Shown: positions 38,601 to 50,714 of the stretch, one piece after another
How the letters are laid out: each line of letters opens with the position of its first letter
How positions within the stretch are numbered: the first letter of the stretch is position 1
Assembly (NCBI GenBank): GCA_002633005.1
Contig: NMRA01000008.1
Coordinates: 1,871,456-1,935,455, forward strand
Direction: 5' to 3'
Length of the DNA: 64,000 bases
Origin: Phoronis australis
Lineage: Eukaryota > Animalia > Phoronida
Program-made: the position numbers and the translations under genes
Notes under the pieces: model-generated
Told to the model about the DNA's origin: nothing
Seen by the model: only the letters and a program-made list of their open reading frames with translations
Databases searched by the model: none

Positions 38601-41600
38601 AACAGCTAATAATGTTGCACATTTTGCCTTCGGCACATTAAAAAGGTACGGGGGGTGAAATAAATAAAATGTTGGAAACTAAATTAGAAAACAAAATATA
38701 AAAACGCATTTTCAAAATATCCATCACTACATCTTCAATACAAACTGCCAATAAGATGCTTACTTTGACATGATCTCAAAAATCCGCCCATACGTCGACT
38801 TGCGACTTTTGAAGCCGGCAATGAGCTCCTCTGGTGTTCCACGAGCTTCTGAGGCGAATGAGATCTTGTACATGTTCTTACATGTCATCCAGCGAAAGAT
38901 CACCCTGTTGTGTGAAGACGATGGTTAAACCACTTGGTACAAGGAAGCAAATTCCATATTTGACAATTTCATCCAAACTGCTTCAATCAGAGCTGCGTTC
39001 CGCAGATGTAAGGCTAGCTTGTAAATTGACATCATACTTTCAACATGACAGTTCATTGAGTCAAATCACACGGTATAACTTGCAGTACTAAAATGAGCTC
39101 ATCCCCATTGATCAGAAGATACAACGCAGGGGAGAAAACCCTGCATCACTCCAGCTCACATTTGATGACATTTTTAAAATTATATGGAACTAAAAATACT
39201 GCACCACTGTATCAATTCCCGAAAAAGAGATGAGGACCAATTACATTTCTCTCTCATACCTAGCTTTTTCAAACTCTGTAAATTTCCTTGAACCAATCAG
39301 ATGATACATAAGATCTCGAAACGAATCATGTTCAGTCTGGGCAACCTGCAAAATACAATTTGAGACATGTGATTAACATAACTTACCTTGGTTTGACTTC
39401 CAACCAGTCACTTTTTCCAATCTCAGAAATAATTCACTTACAGGAGCCCTAACTTTTGCATTTTGAGAACCAGTTGCTTCAACTGAATAATGGAATCAAA
39501 CTGGTTCTCAGAATCCGCAGCCACTTTAAGCATTTATAAGCCATTTCTCGGCATATTTTGAGAACCAGCTTGATGCCTGTTATTCAGTGGAGAAAACTGG
39601 TTCTTAAAATGCAGGACCCCAGTAAGCTACTATTGCTCATTTCTCTGTCAGTGTAAACAGCTCATTGTTAAAACTTGAAGCGCCTGTAACCACACTTTCC
39701 GTCACAAAGTTTTATTTAGACCACTTGCCATTATGAAATTGGTCTCAAATTGTTCCTTCAAGTCAAAATAGGAGAGATTTCTGGGCTCAAGAGAGAATTG
39801 ACATTTTGTTGCTACTGGAGGCCAGACTACACAGTTGACTTGTCACAATGTGCAATTTTATACCCCAAGCATGGTCTTCAGAAAAAAACGACCTTGTAAG
39901 AACAAAAATCACATCTCATTCTATTAAGGAACAACTTATGACCATAGCAGTTTAAATCAGAATTAACTTTCTCCAGCAGAACTGAGTTTGTCGCCGCAGT
40001 GAAAACAATGGCAGATGCAGACAGAACAGCCACAAGGTGGCGTGAGAGCCTAGCAGAAACTTCCAATATCTGGCTAACTTCGGAACATGAGGTCTTAAAG
40101 ATGGCTGATCAGCTTCAAATGAAACTTAATACACTGTTCTCTTACATGGTGTTAGGAATTGTGTTCAAAATGTTTTTCCTTAGCCATGGGGCCCGGTGCC
40201 CTTAAAAAATTGGAACTTTCCAACCTTTTTTAGAAAAATATTAAAAGTTCAATAAAACGTAAAACAAAAGAACAATTTAAAAAACTGCAACAGTGTTTTC
40301 GAGCTTTTATTATTACTTATATTGATAGGCCTACCACTGTTTTAGTAAGAATGTACATATTCCCTTTAGGTAAATTTTAATATGAGACATGATCATCATC
40401 ATATGTCTCAGTTACTGGGCAGATTAGCAAGTAAAAATCAAAATACTCCCAGGCTTTCTACTTTCACAAAATATGTACTTTTGCATGGTTAAATTCTGTG
40501 GTTTGATATTTGGCTAAATGCAGTCTGGCCAATAAGGTCCCCCCCCTCCCCTGGGCCCCCTCCCCCACCGCACAGATGTCCTCATCTTTTTCACATCAAA
40601 CGAATTGGATAAATGAGAAGAGGACACTGTTAATGAGACTGGCCCTGCAGGCCACGAATGCAGGAAGGCTGTCCAGCATGACTTCAATGGAGCTAGTTCT
40701 AGGAGGCAGTTTTTTAAAAACTAGCCTTTAAGTTACAAACTGTCATGCCAGTTAATCTACAAAACATAATTTATTTATTTTGTTTTCTGCTAACAGGACT
40801 GAAATAGCCTACTCAGTCAAAACAATGGCAAACAGCATAAAAGTGCTTTGAAGCGGTGATACTCAAAACCGGGTTGAATTCATAAAATAGCACTAAATAA
40901 AAATTCAAACCACAATTCGTGGGATTTCATCTATGACAATGACGTCATTTTTCAAATACATTCTGGGGCTTTTGCAAACATCTGATTGCATCACAGACAA
41001 CTTGTAGCCATGAATTTCTGATTCATAATTTGTGTTTTGATTGTGATCACTTCAGCTTGATTGGATGGTGCAGATATCTTGTTGACAAGTAAACAATATG
41101 GCAGAAACCAATAGTTATCACTTGACTGCACCAGAGTTGAATGCGGGGTCCACCTCAATACCCTTTTTCATATGAGTGCGACTAAGCAACCGACATCACA
41201 CAAAAATAAAAGACAGAAAGACAGCTTCAGAATGCATGGAACTAGATTAGTAAATCTGTGATGTTGCAGGATGTTAAGTCCATCTAAGTTATGAGTCAAC
41301 AAATATACCACAATGCATTTAAAAAACAACTGCAGCACTCTAGATGACATCACCCAAATTTAGTGTAGTTGCCCTTCAAAACAGGATGGAATCCGTTTAA
41401 ATTCACATTAAACTATTGAATCCAGAGCACCAAGCTGGGCTTAATCTGGGCTTAATAGAAAGAACAGAGACTGAATTGACTGAAGATTGAATTGACTTTT
41501 GACCTTTGCTCTTTCTAAACACACCATACTCGCAGCTCGGTAGACTGACATTGACAAAAACACTCAGTTAGTCTGGCCCCTAGATGCTTGGTGTCTAGTT

Positions 41601-44600
41601 ACACCAACAAAATGAAGGCCAGTCTGCAGCTATCCAACACATCCATACCTGGTAGAATACAGCTGTGACTCAACCTCATAGGAATGCAAGTTGATGAGGC
41701 AAGATTCAGTTTGGAATTTTACTACACTTCACTAGACTGCCTCCTGCTCCTTATCTCATCCCATACAGCCCCAAATACACAAACATTGAGCCAGAAACTA
41801 CATTCTGCTTACAATCTCAGTGCTGTAGAAGAGGAACTTAAACTTTATGTCTCATATTCTGTATTCTATAAAACGATATAAGGACAACTCTTTGCATAAG
41901 GCTAATGATTTGTAGGACGATTTTAAAATAATGATGCAGATAAAGTAAATTTTTGATGGTTCATCGTGTTGCACAATACTTTTTTAAACTGCAAGAGAAA
42001 TTGTTTAATTGATAACAGTGACAACTACATATGGGCATTTTTCAAATATTGTTTCATCATTACATAAAAATCATTCATTCAATCATACCCCGAAGGAAAA
42101 AAGGAAGACCAAAAATAACAAAACAATAAAAAGGCTATTATTCAAATTTTGAGGTCAGGCGTCTGGAAACTAGACAGTGAATAAATAGTGTGACCTTCAT
42201 GAAGTCACAGGTTTTTATCAATATGACAGCATTCTCAACATTTTAATGTAAAAACACATGTTTCACAGGAACAGCCCCAAAGTTACAAAACCAGGACTCA
42301 CTAAAAGACGAACAGCTTTCTAATGCAACCAATGTTTTCTTTAAATAAGAAGATCTTGATGAAAATATCAGTTTTCAGCCTTACAAATTTTATTTTCAGT
42401 TACTTTTTAGTTTTTAGACTAGTTCATTCAAGGAGTTCAGAATGCATGAAAGATTAAAATGATCCAGTAGCATGTCATTCATTGTGTTATCAATGACGAG
42501 ATATCATATTCTGTAATCAAAAGCTAATAGTTTATCTTCTATATACTCTTCCCAAGGCAATCCAAGTATTGATAAAGCAATCAGGTTGATTGAAGGGACA
42601 GCTTTGTGTTGTTAGAAGTGCCAAGACATTACCACCACAGAAGCAATTGAAGCTAGAATAGGCCTCGCTGCCAAACAACAGTCAAGCAAAAATGACAAGA
42701 AGCTTATAATAAAATTTCGAAAGAAATGACAGCCCACCTAAAGACAAATTTGGTTTAAAGAAGTCGATTCACAGCTATTTAGTTGCAGTTAATATGTATA
42801 CACATGTGCTGACTGTTAATAAAGGTTGCTTATAAACCACATTTCTTTTTATTTCATGCCCCATATTCTTCAATTATTCGTGTAAAACACGCTCCCACTT
42901 CCCCACAAAATTTCGAGAACAGAAAATTTTCAACTTCGGCTATCTTCGGAATCACGTCACGTCAGGAAGCGGACCCGATCACTGCCGAGTCTGTCCATAG
43001 GTTTGTACTGGGACTATCTGGCACAAATGGAAGCTTTCTGTTTGTTAGAATGGGTTTATTATGCAACTTTTGCCAATTAATTCTCTGAAATGTGACACAT
43101 ATGCACATGGTCTTGTGCGTNACAGTCAGGCAAAAATGACAAGAAGCTTATAATAAAATTTCGAAAGAAATGACAGCCCACCTAAAGACAAATTTGGTTT
43201 AAGTATTTGCTCCCATTTTCTACACATATGTAACATATGGTTACCATTCCCTAGAATACCAAGGTGTCAAAATGTGAAATTCTTCACCAAGCTTATTTGG
43301 TGCCTCCACTGAGCTATCACATTACATACTGTAAGATAGACCCAGCCTGACAATAGAGAGTCCTGTTAAGAATTATGTCACAATTCCTCAGCTATTGTCA
43401 TAAGGGCCTTTCATACTAAGGTTGAGGCCTCCATGGTTTGGGGAGTTGCGGTGCAGCATGAACGCTTAACTTCGGTCCAATCGAAGTTATCGCCAGGTGC
43501 CACTGTTATCGTCAACAGTTAAAGGGTAGTGCCGTCACTAATAGCTGCTTATATTTTGCTCTAATAACAACTAATCGATTTTAAAATAAGTTTAATGTCA
43601 TTTAGCACATGTAAAGATTCTCAAATTGTCTCGATGAAAAAATCTTAGCGAGCAGCAGCGCTACCTTGGGATAACGTCGATGACTACAGTGTCACCAACT
43701 GTTCATTAACTACCGAAGCCAGTATGAACGGTCCAGTTAACTGCGCTGTTTACGTCGACGCTCTGCTCAGACCGGAGTTAAGTCAATATGAAAGGGCCTA
43801 TAGATATTCAGAACTAGCAGAGCAAATGAGCAGTGCACAACCTCCTCCTCTAAAGACCTCTATGACTATGGTATCAGAGGACCGTTGACCAACGTAAACT
43901 GCACAGCTAGCTGAACCTTGCAGACCATCTTAGGTAGACAGACGACAGTCCGCAGTTACTGGCAGTTTCATGAGTGAATGATCAAAGATTGCAAGATGAC
44001 AGCCAAAACTGTGATGCAACCATTATTTTCCAAGATTTGAAGTATCGTATGATCAAATAAATGAAATTAAGTGCTACACGGTATGCAGATGAATATCACA
44101 ACATGTGCCCTTATTGACAACACCTGCTAATAACTCCTGTGACGGTGAAAATAACCGTTCATATCGCATCGAAGCGTCGACGCTCTGCTGTAAAATCCAC
44201 CTGCTTACTGCAAGCTTAATTCGCATGACTAAATAAACCTTTTATACTGACCGACCCTCCCCAAAATATCAACACCGACTGTGACAATGGTATAAAAGGT
44301 CCTTTGCAATTTAAGCGATTACTGAGGAGCGAGGACATATGTATTTTAAATTAAAAGGATTGTTAAGTGTATGAAACAGCTACAGTTCAGTGGCGGATTT
44401 AGAAGGAGGCTAAGGGGGCCCTGGTCCTCCCCTCAAAATTCTACCAGATTCCATTGGGCAGTTCGGGGGTGCGAATGTCTAACGGGCAAAATCCTGGCTA
44501 ATACTGAGCCCTGCCCCCCCCAACTCAAAATCCTGGATCCGCCCCTGCAGTTCTGCAGACTTATCAGTAATCTAAACAGATTATATTTTTTATTCATAAA

Positions 44601-45468
44601 GAAATATGTGTGGCAAGAGCAGATTTATAAATCCAGTTAATTTTGTTCTACAATTGCACAGTGACCAATTTCTTCCACAAACGAAAAAATTTCAATAAGA
44701 ATTTTCATCAACCACACAATGACAAAAGCGCGTTAAAAAGAATCTGATAATAGGGCAGGAGCGAAATTTGAGATGGAGTGGGTGAAAGTGGTGACCACCA
44801 GTCTAGGACTAGGGATAAAAATTTTAGAAATGACATCGCAGGAAATAACATATGGGCACACCTACTGAACCCACACCAAAAACAACAGACACATTTCTCG
44901 CAATCCTGCTAAACAATCCTGCTAAACGTACACAGCACTAAGCATATAATCCAGCAAAGTGTTTTGAAATGGATTTTCAAGGACATCATGAAATAAACTA
45001 CAAAAATCAACACCTGAGGTTGCAATAAATTTCTTAACCCAGATTTTTAACAAGATCAAACAGCTTGTACATTAGAATACTTGACAGTAAAACATAGCAC
45101 ACATTCCAGATGTAAAAATAGCAACACCAATAGCACAGAAAATCAGATTAGGCCATAAATAAGATGTAACTGATTAGACAAGGATAACAGGCTTTGGGTT
45201 TAAAATCTAATTTTCTTTACAATTCTCACACTGGCAAGGCTTAATTCCTCAGTGGAATAATTTGTGGTGTATACAAAATTCATGATAAGAAAAGGGGAGG
45301 AATGTGGTGAGAGGCAAGGCTTGCAATTACCTGAATGGCATGGTCATCGATATGCGAGAACTGCTTGATGTCTGGATATCGAGTCCTCTTCAGCCAGCGC
45401 GGAGGGCTCACTGGTGGTAGAGTTTGCCCAGCAACCGTGGTGAGGTTGTAATGCTGTGGTGCCTTCAT
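26642..45468 (-). CDS. Hillarin / kyphoscoliosis-peptidase (KY)-like protein with two tandem transglutaminase-like + Ig-like-repeat modules, ~1330 aa, 13 coding exons
   Basis: Exons 45468-45331, 39345-39260, 38904-38764, 36743-36453, 35281-35004, 34018-33783, 32753-32510, 31679-31561, 30810-30718, 30432-30262, 29562-29249, 28841-28701, 28382-26642 (3993 nt, all GT-AG, phases compatible). Family motifs occur twice: ID.HA.QV, KAR.IF.W, G.HCV...GFAKG.DY.PG, H.WN....G.W...D.HW, YE.D.YYFL.DP.Q.IY.H.P....WQLL. The first exon has an acceptor at 45473, so upstream coding sequence cannot be excluded. Confidence 0.9.
31281..31351. mobile_element. Half copy of a palindromic MITE family (see 39437-39626, 54035-54090)
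   Basis: GAACCAGTTTGATG...TTCAGTAGAGAAAACTGGTTCTCAAAATGCA...CTGTAAG matches the right arm of the 39437 element. Confidence 0.7.
37795..37904 (-). pseudogene. THAP zinc-finger N-terminal fragment, probable DNA-transposon relic in a hillarin-like intron
   Basis: FPTKYYCCAVGCNSN...LKFFAFP matches the first half of a THAP domain (CC..GC.N ... F..FP). The downstream W and C..HF motifs are not in frame. Confidence 0.55.
39437..39626. mobile_element. Palindromic MITE (~190 bp)
   Basis: Long inverted arms CTTACAGG...TGCATTTTGAGAACCAG / CTGGTTCTTAAAATGCA...CCAGTAAG, each arm itself a hairpin. Related copies at ~31281 and ~54035. Confidence 0.75.
42678..43203. repeat. ~80-bp direct duplication (42678-42758 and 43122-43202) around an assembly N at 43121
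   Basis: ACAGTCARGCAAAAATGACAAGAAGC...AATTTGGTTTAA occurs twice with one mismatch. The second copy starts right after the N. Confidence 0.9.
43404..43798. mobile_element. PIF/Harbinger-like MITE
   Basis: 14-bp TIRs GGGCCTTTCATACT / AATATGAAAGGGCC, flanked by TAA and TAT (imperfect TWA TSD). Interior homologous to 50715-51173. Confidence 0.7.
44388..44547. mobile_element. 160-bp MITE with CAG...CTG termini and 5-bp TSD (hAT5-like)
   Basis: TIRs CAGTGGCGGATTTAG / CTGGATCCGCCCCTG (12/15 match). CAGTT flanks both sides (44383-44387, 44548-44552). Confidence 0.8.
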
Positions 45469-47796
45469 AACTCTGCAGGTAGAAGGGAACATTTGATGAA
45501 GAATATGTAAAATAGCACAATGGCGCTGACGTGTATGAGACACACTCTGATGAGGTCACACGTCTTTTTCGTGAGATATCATCATGCACTGCAAGTGATT
45601 GTATTAATTTCACTCGAGCGAGTATCTTGCCTTATGAAACGGACTCTTGCATCACTCCAGTTGTCTTGAATGAATGCTATATCCTCAAAAGAATTTCATC
45701 ACAAGCACCGCTTGCAATGCATAGCTATCATGAGACAAAACTTGGGTTGCAGTTTTGTGCAATTTTGATTGGGGTTTGAAGAATATAAAAATTGCAATTT
45801 CTGGAAATAAAAGTTTTCACAAAGAGCACGAGATTACTGTAAATGTTCAATTAAAGATTATGGAAAACATTCTACAATAAAGGACCCAAAATGTTGGAAA
45901 AGTGAACTTTATTTTGCCAAATCTCGACATCCTCCCCGCACCTGAAGAATTTTTAAAGCCTTTGGAAATGGTCTTCAAGTTAGGACACATCATGTAGTAC
46001 AGGTCAAATTTTATTAAGTCAAACTTCTCAACAAAAATAAACTTAAGAAAAATAAAACGCCATGGCAATTCCAAAAATGTATCACTCATATCAGTTGGTC
46101 CCTTCCTATTCATAAATTCAGTGTTTTTTTCCAAGGCGTTAACTTGCAACACGTATTCAGGGTAGCAGCCCTTTTAAAAGTGTGACACCTCTTGGCAAGA
46201 ATGATAACTAATAGTAAACCTCGACTGAAGTTGATTCTATGCAGAAAGTTTCACAGAATGTGTTTCTATGTTTGAGTATTTTAGTCTACCATTGTCATTT
46301 TTTTATATTATTAAAATAAAAATTTTGCACATTTCAGCTTTATCAATCCCACTTATGCACAGTGCTGACTAATCAAAGTATCAAGTTAACCACTCTCTTG
46401 GTTTATGAAGCTAGGAAAATATAGCACACTATCTCCAGAGGTCATCTTCAAGTACTACCTTCAAAGGGCTTTAGGTTCCAAGCCTTTAACTACTGATGTA
46501 GTATGGAGCTTGCAAGATCTAATTAAAGTTGACATTATCAGTCACAAACAGTGTTAAACACATGAGCCTAATTACGAGCTAATTTGCACATGTTCCACAC
46601 CAAGAATGTAAAAAATCCCTTTCCAATGTTTATACAGTAAGAAAAGGTATTGTATACAGTAGAATGACTTAACACCCACAGTCAGCTTCATTCTCACTCT
46701 GCAACTTCCATATTTTCAGTTTTAAATACTCATGCTTTGCTGAGCCCAAAAGATTAAGAATTCATTAAAAGAGACAATGTCTTTATGAATGCCTGCCTCC
46801 CAAAAACAGGATGACCCTGCAGCATTGCACACCAATTTCGTAGTATTTGCCTACAATACTGCAACTTGGTCAAGCAGTTCTCTGACCACGTTTTCGTGAC
46901 ATTGGAGTTTTTCATGTTATTTGTTGGTGCTTTGTTTTTCATTTTTTTCGAGACTGTATTACTTGTACTCAAACATCCAAGGCCAGCAAAGTTTACTGCT
47001 GAGCTGTGGGCTTCAACTCCAATGACAGATAGCTGAATAAACTCATGAGTATCAGTGGATGCAATATCTTCTGACATTGTTCCTAGAATTAGCCCGACAT
47101 TTCTAAAACGAGGCCAATGTAATAACGTGTTTTCCTACATTCAGGACAAAGGAGAATTCTCTCCGTAATCGTCCTATTTAAGCACCCAAAACGTACACCA
47201 CCTCTCTTAATTTACAGCCAGTTTCAGCAGCATTTTGCCACATTCTGACAATAAAAAAACCTTTTTTCGTTACCATATTTGCGTGCGAAAATCGTGTAAG
47301 TATTTGTGGCACAAAATTGACCATTATAAGAACACTCACCCCAAATTTCTCAAAAATTTAATCGCCCACGCCCAACCCCAATGATTATTGAAATTCCCAA
47401 TAGCATAGATGTGGGCGTAAATAGACAGTCACTGCCCTGTCAAGTGCTATTAATAACTTGACAGCAAATTCCTCTAAAATGAGTAACAAATGTATAACTG
47501 CAATCATCATTGTTTAAAAAATGAAGCGGCAATTGTGTTTCCACTACATTAGTTTTAATGGACCTTGCAACACAAAAGACAGCTTCAATAGACATGATAA
47601 GCACGTCTAGGTGGAATGGCGTAGGCCCAAAGGTAAAAGTTCCCCTCTTTTATGCCCCGTTCCCACCAAAGCAGTTAAGACTGATTAAAAGGTTACAACT
47701 CTGTATGAACGCTTTAAAACTGGTTTTAAAAGTTGTCGGTTTACCTGCAGCTCGGTAACAAGCCTCTGTGAGCACAGCAAATGTAAAAGTTCTATA

Positions 47797-47954
47797 TCGT
47801 ACTCGTCCGCATTACCACCCAGGGAGCTTAAATTGGGAATCTAGAAAAACAGGGGGTGGGCAGTAAGCCGAGCATGGATGCTTAAAAATAAAAAATTGAA
47901 ATTTTCAGGGGTGGGCGGTAAGCCGAGCATGGGCCGCAACCCGGACGAGTACGG
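47797..47954. mobile_element. Tc1/mariner-pogo-type MITE with TA TSD
   Basis: TA|TCGTACTCGTCCG ... CGGACGAGTACGG|TA. Internal direct repeat GGGGTGGGCRGTAAGCCGAGCATGG x2. Confidence 0.75.
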
Positions 47955-48707
47955 TAACTCTCTACGTGGCGCAGCTGTCAAATCTCTTTGGAAACAATAG
48001 TGCGCCAAGGCACAAGCTGGGGTGAATCCAAAAGCAATAACACTGACAACTAGGGACTAAATCCACGACCTAGTTTATATGAAAAGGCAAAGGGAAAAAA
48101 TTCCAGGAGACATATTTTTTATTCAGGAATTAAAATCTCTGCAGGACCAAAAAACAACACAAAACCGCCAGGACCTATTATTTATTTTTTTACAACCAAA
48201 ATTTAACACCTCAGGACCGAAAATTTATCAAGCCAAGACCGCAAATACAACGCCTGGACAGAAAATTTTCATGCCAGACCACAAGACCATCTACTACCCG
48301 GCAATGACAATCTGCTGTGTCTATACTCAGCTTCAATCAAGTCTAATGTGTGCAAAAAGCCAAGTGTACATTGGTTTCTGTTGTAAAGCGTGGAAGAGAC
48401 AAAAGAATTTCAACCTCGTTGTCATGACAATACGACTGTCGTCGGCAAGACATTATTGAACGCTTAGCCTTTGTGTACCTAGTACTGATGCTATCAATGG
48501 TTGTGGATGGTCACGTGGTCTCCTGGCATGAAAATTTTCTGCGTGATAAATTTTTGATCCTGACATATTAATAATTGCCAAATCTTTAAAGCAGAACTTG
48601 CACGTTAGTGCCATATCTCTGTGATTACTTGGTCAAATTAGTTAGAAACACAACACATATCAACAATGTGAATATGAAGTAGGTGGAAAATTGTCAAATG
48701 TTTTTAT

Positions 48708-49291
48708 GAACGAGTTTTGTGTCAAAAATGACCCGACATAAATCACTAAACTGTGCCCGTGTCCAGTAAGCATCCAGTAAGTATCGTGATGTGGTGTTGG
48801 GGAAAAACACTGCAGGATTCAGGCTATGTGAGCCCCCAAGGAATGTCATTAGTGCAGTCAGGTCACCCATTTGCAGAATTTTTTGTTTTCACATTTACAA
48901 TGAAGACAACTGCACTTTGTTCAGCGTAGATTGTGTTCAAACAGCATTGTCATTTAGTTCCTACATTAGCATTGTTAGGAGCATGCAAATACATCTTTGG
49001 AGAACAAATTTTGTGGCGAAAATGATCTGCTGCAAATCACTGAACAATGTCCAGTAAGATTCATGACCTGATGCTGGGAAATAACGCTGCATGATTTAGG
49101 TTATGTGAAACGGCGAGGTATGTCATTAGTGCAAAGGTCACTGACCTATTTGCAGAATTTTTTGCTTTTCACATTTACAAGTTGTCGATGAACACAACTG
49201 CACTTTGTTTAGCGTAGATTATGCTAAAATAGCATAGTCGTTTAGTTCCTGCAATGCATTAGCATAGTTAGGATCATGCAAATACATCTTT
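48708..49291. repeat. Diverged tandem duplication, ~290 bp x 2
   Basis: Both halves share, in the same order, TGTCCAGTAAG, ATGTCATTAGTGCA, ATTTGCAGAATTTTTTG, ACAACTGCACTTTGTT and CATGCAAATACATCTTT. Confidence 0.85.
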
Positions 49292-50714
49292 AAAAGCATA
49301 CCCTCCAAAGCACAAGAATTAGAATCCAGGGTTTTATACAGTTCTGCCAACTGTCATTGATCTTGAAACTTAACCACCCGATATTAGCTTCATTATTTAA
49401 ACCAAAACAAAACCATTAAATACCTGCCCATATGCTAATTATGTACCAAACAAATCCACTAACTACAAACTATTTTGAGAGAAGTCATATATGTTTTCGC
49501 TACACTGTAATTTCTAATTTCAGTGTTGACAGTAATGAACTCCAATGACATATGGTTATTCGCTAGGGTGAGTACCTGGCACGTGTAGCTATTCTGGTGT
49601 TTTTTTTAGCAGATGAGCAGTCCAGATCATCTAAATCTCCAAAGTTCCAAATGGACTGAAAGGCATGTTTAACCACCTATTTTGTAACTGGTGAAGATTT
49701 TAACTTTAATACACTCTGATATAAGTGTGTTGCTACAATTTTCATATTTTTTGTCCTAAAAGTACAAGGAATAAACTATTATAATTATTTCTCTGTGAAT
49801 TGCCCATTCAATTGACATTACACTTTGCTAAAAGTATCTGAAATTGTTTTTTGTTTGAAAGTCACCTGTTCTTCAAGGTTTGATATGATACATATTTTTC
49901 TGCACTTTATGACTTCGTGATTTCGACATTCCCTTTTTGGCAATTGCTAAAAAAGGATATTAAACTATGATATGTGTAACGTTCAATTCATAAATTACAT
50001 ACAACATCTCATCTTGCCTTCCACCTAGATCTATGCATACCATGAAACGCGGGACAATATGACAAACTTTGTCACATATTTCTGTTCGTGCGTCCACCAG
50101 CCCCTACGATATGACTTGAATTATATTTGATTTGAAGTAATACATAAAACTAAAAGAGATGCAGTTTTCTAATATTCATTCACAGATTCGTGGCAATGTT
50201 TTTTGTTCTTCCAGTTATGACGACGGAACATAAGAAGTGGTGCGGCCATAGACTTCGGGATCTGCCACGATATCCCAGTCTTCACCAGAAACAACCGACA
50301 CACTCGCAGTCACTGATTTGAACCTATTTGCCCACGGACCGTTCGAGTTCCCAAGAGCCTGCTCTCCCAGTCGAGGTTCTTCATTGTCTATAACTTGTGC
50401 TATTCGAATAAAGAACTTTCAAAACTTTCTAACCGCTGGAAGACTCATCGCTACAACTCTTGTATTTCATGTTGTTTCCTAACCTTGTTTAACTGACTAT
50501 AACATGCCTCACTTCCATTTGGTACTCAATTCCTTTACATAATGCACAATTCTGCATTCAGAATTGACTGGATGAAGTCTGAGAAGATCATTAACTGCTG
50601 GGCTTCCATAATTAACTGCACTGTAGGTACAATAACTGCTTTGTGTAATGGGTTCATATTATGCTATTGTTTGCTTAAAAAAGGAGTCTTTTGTGTCAAG
50701 CTTATGTCTTTATA

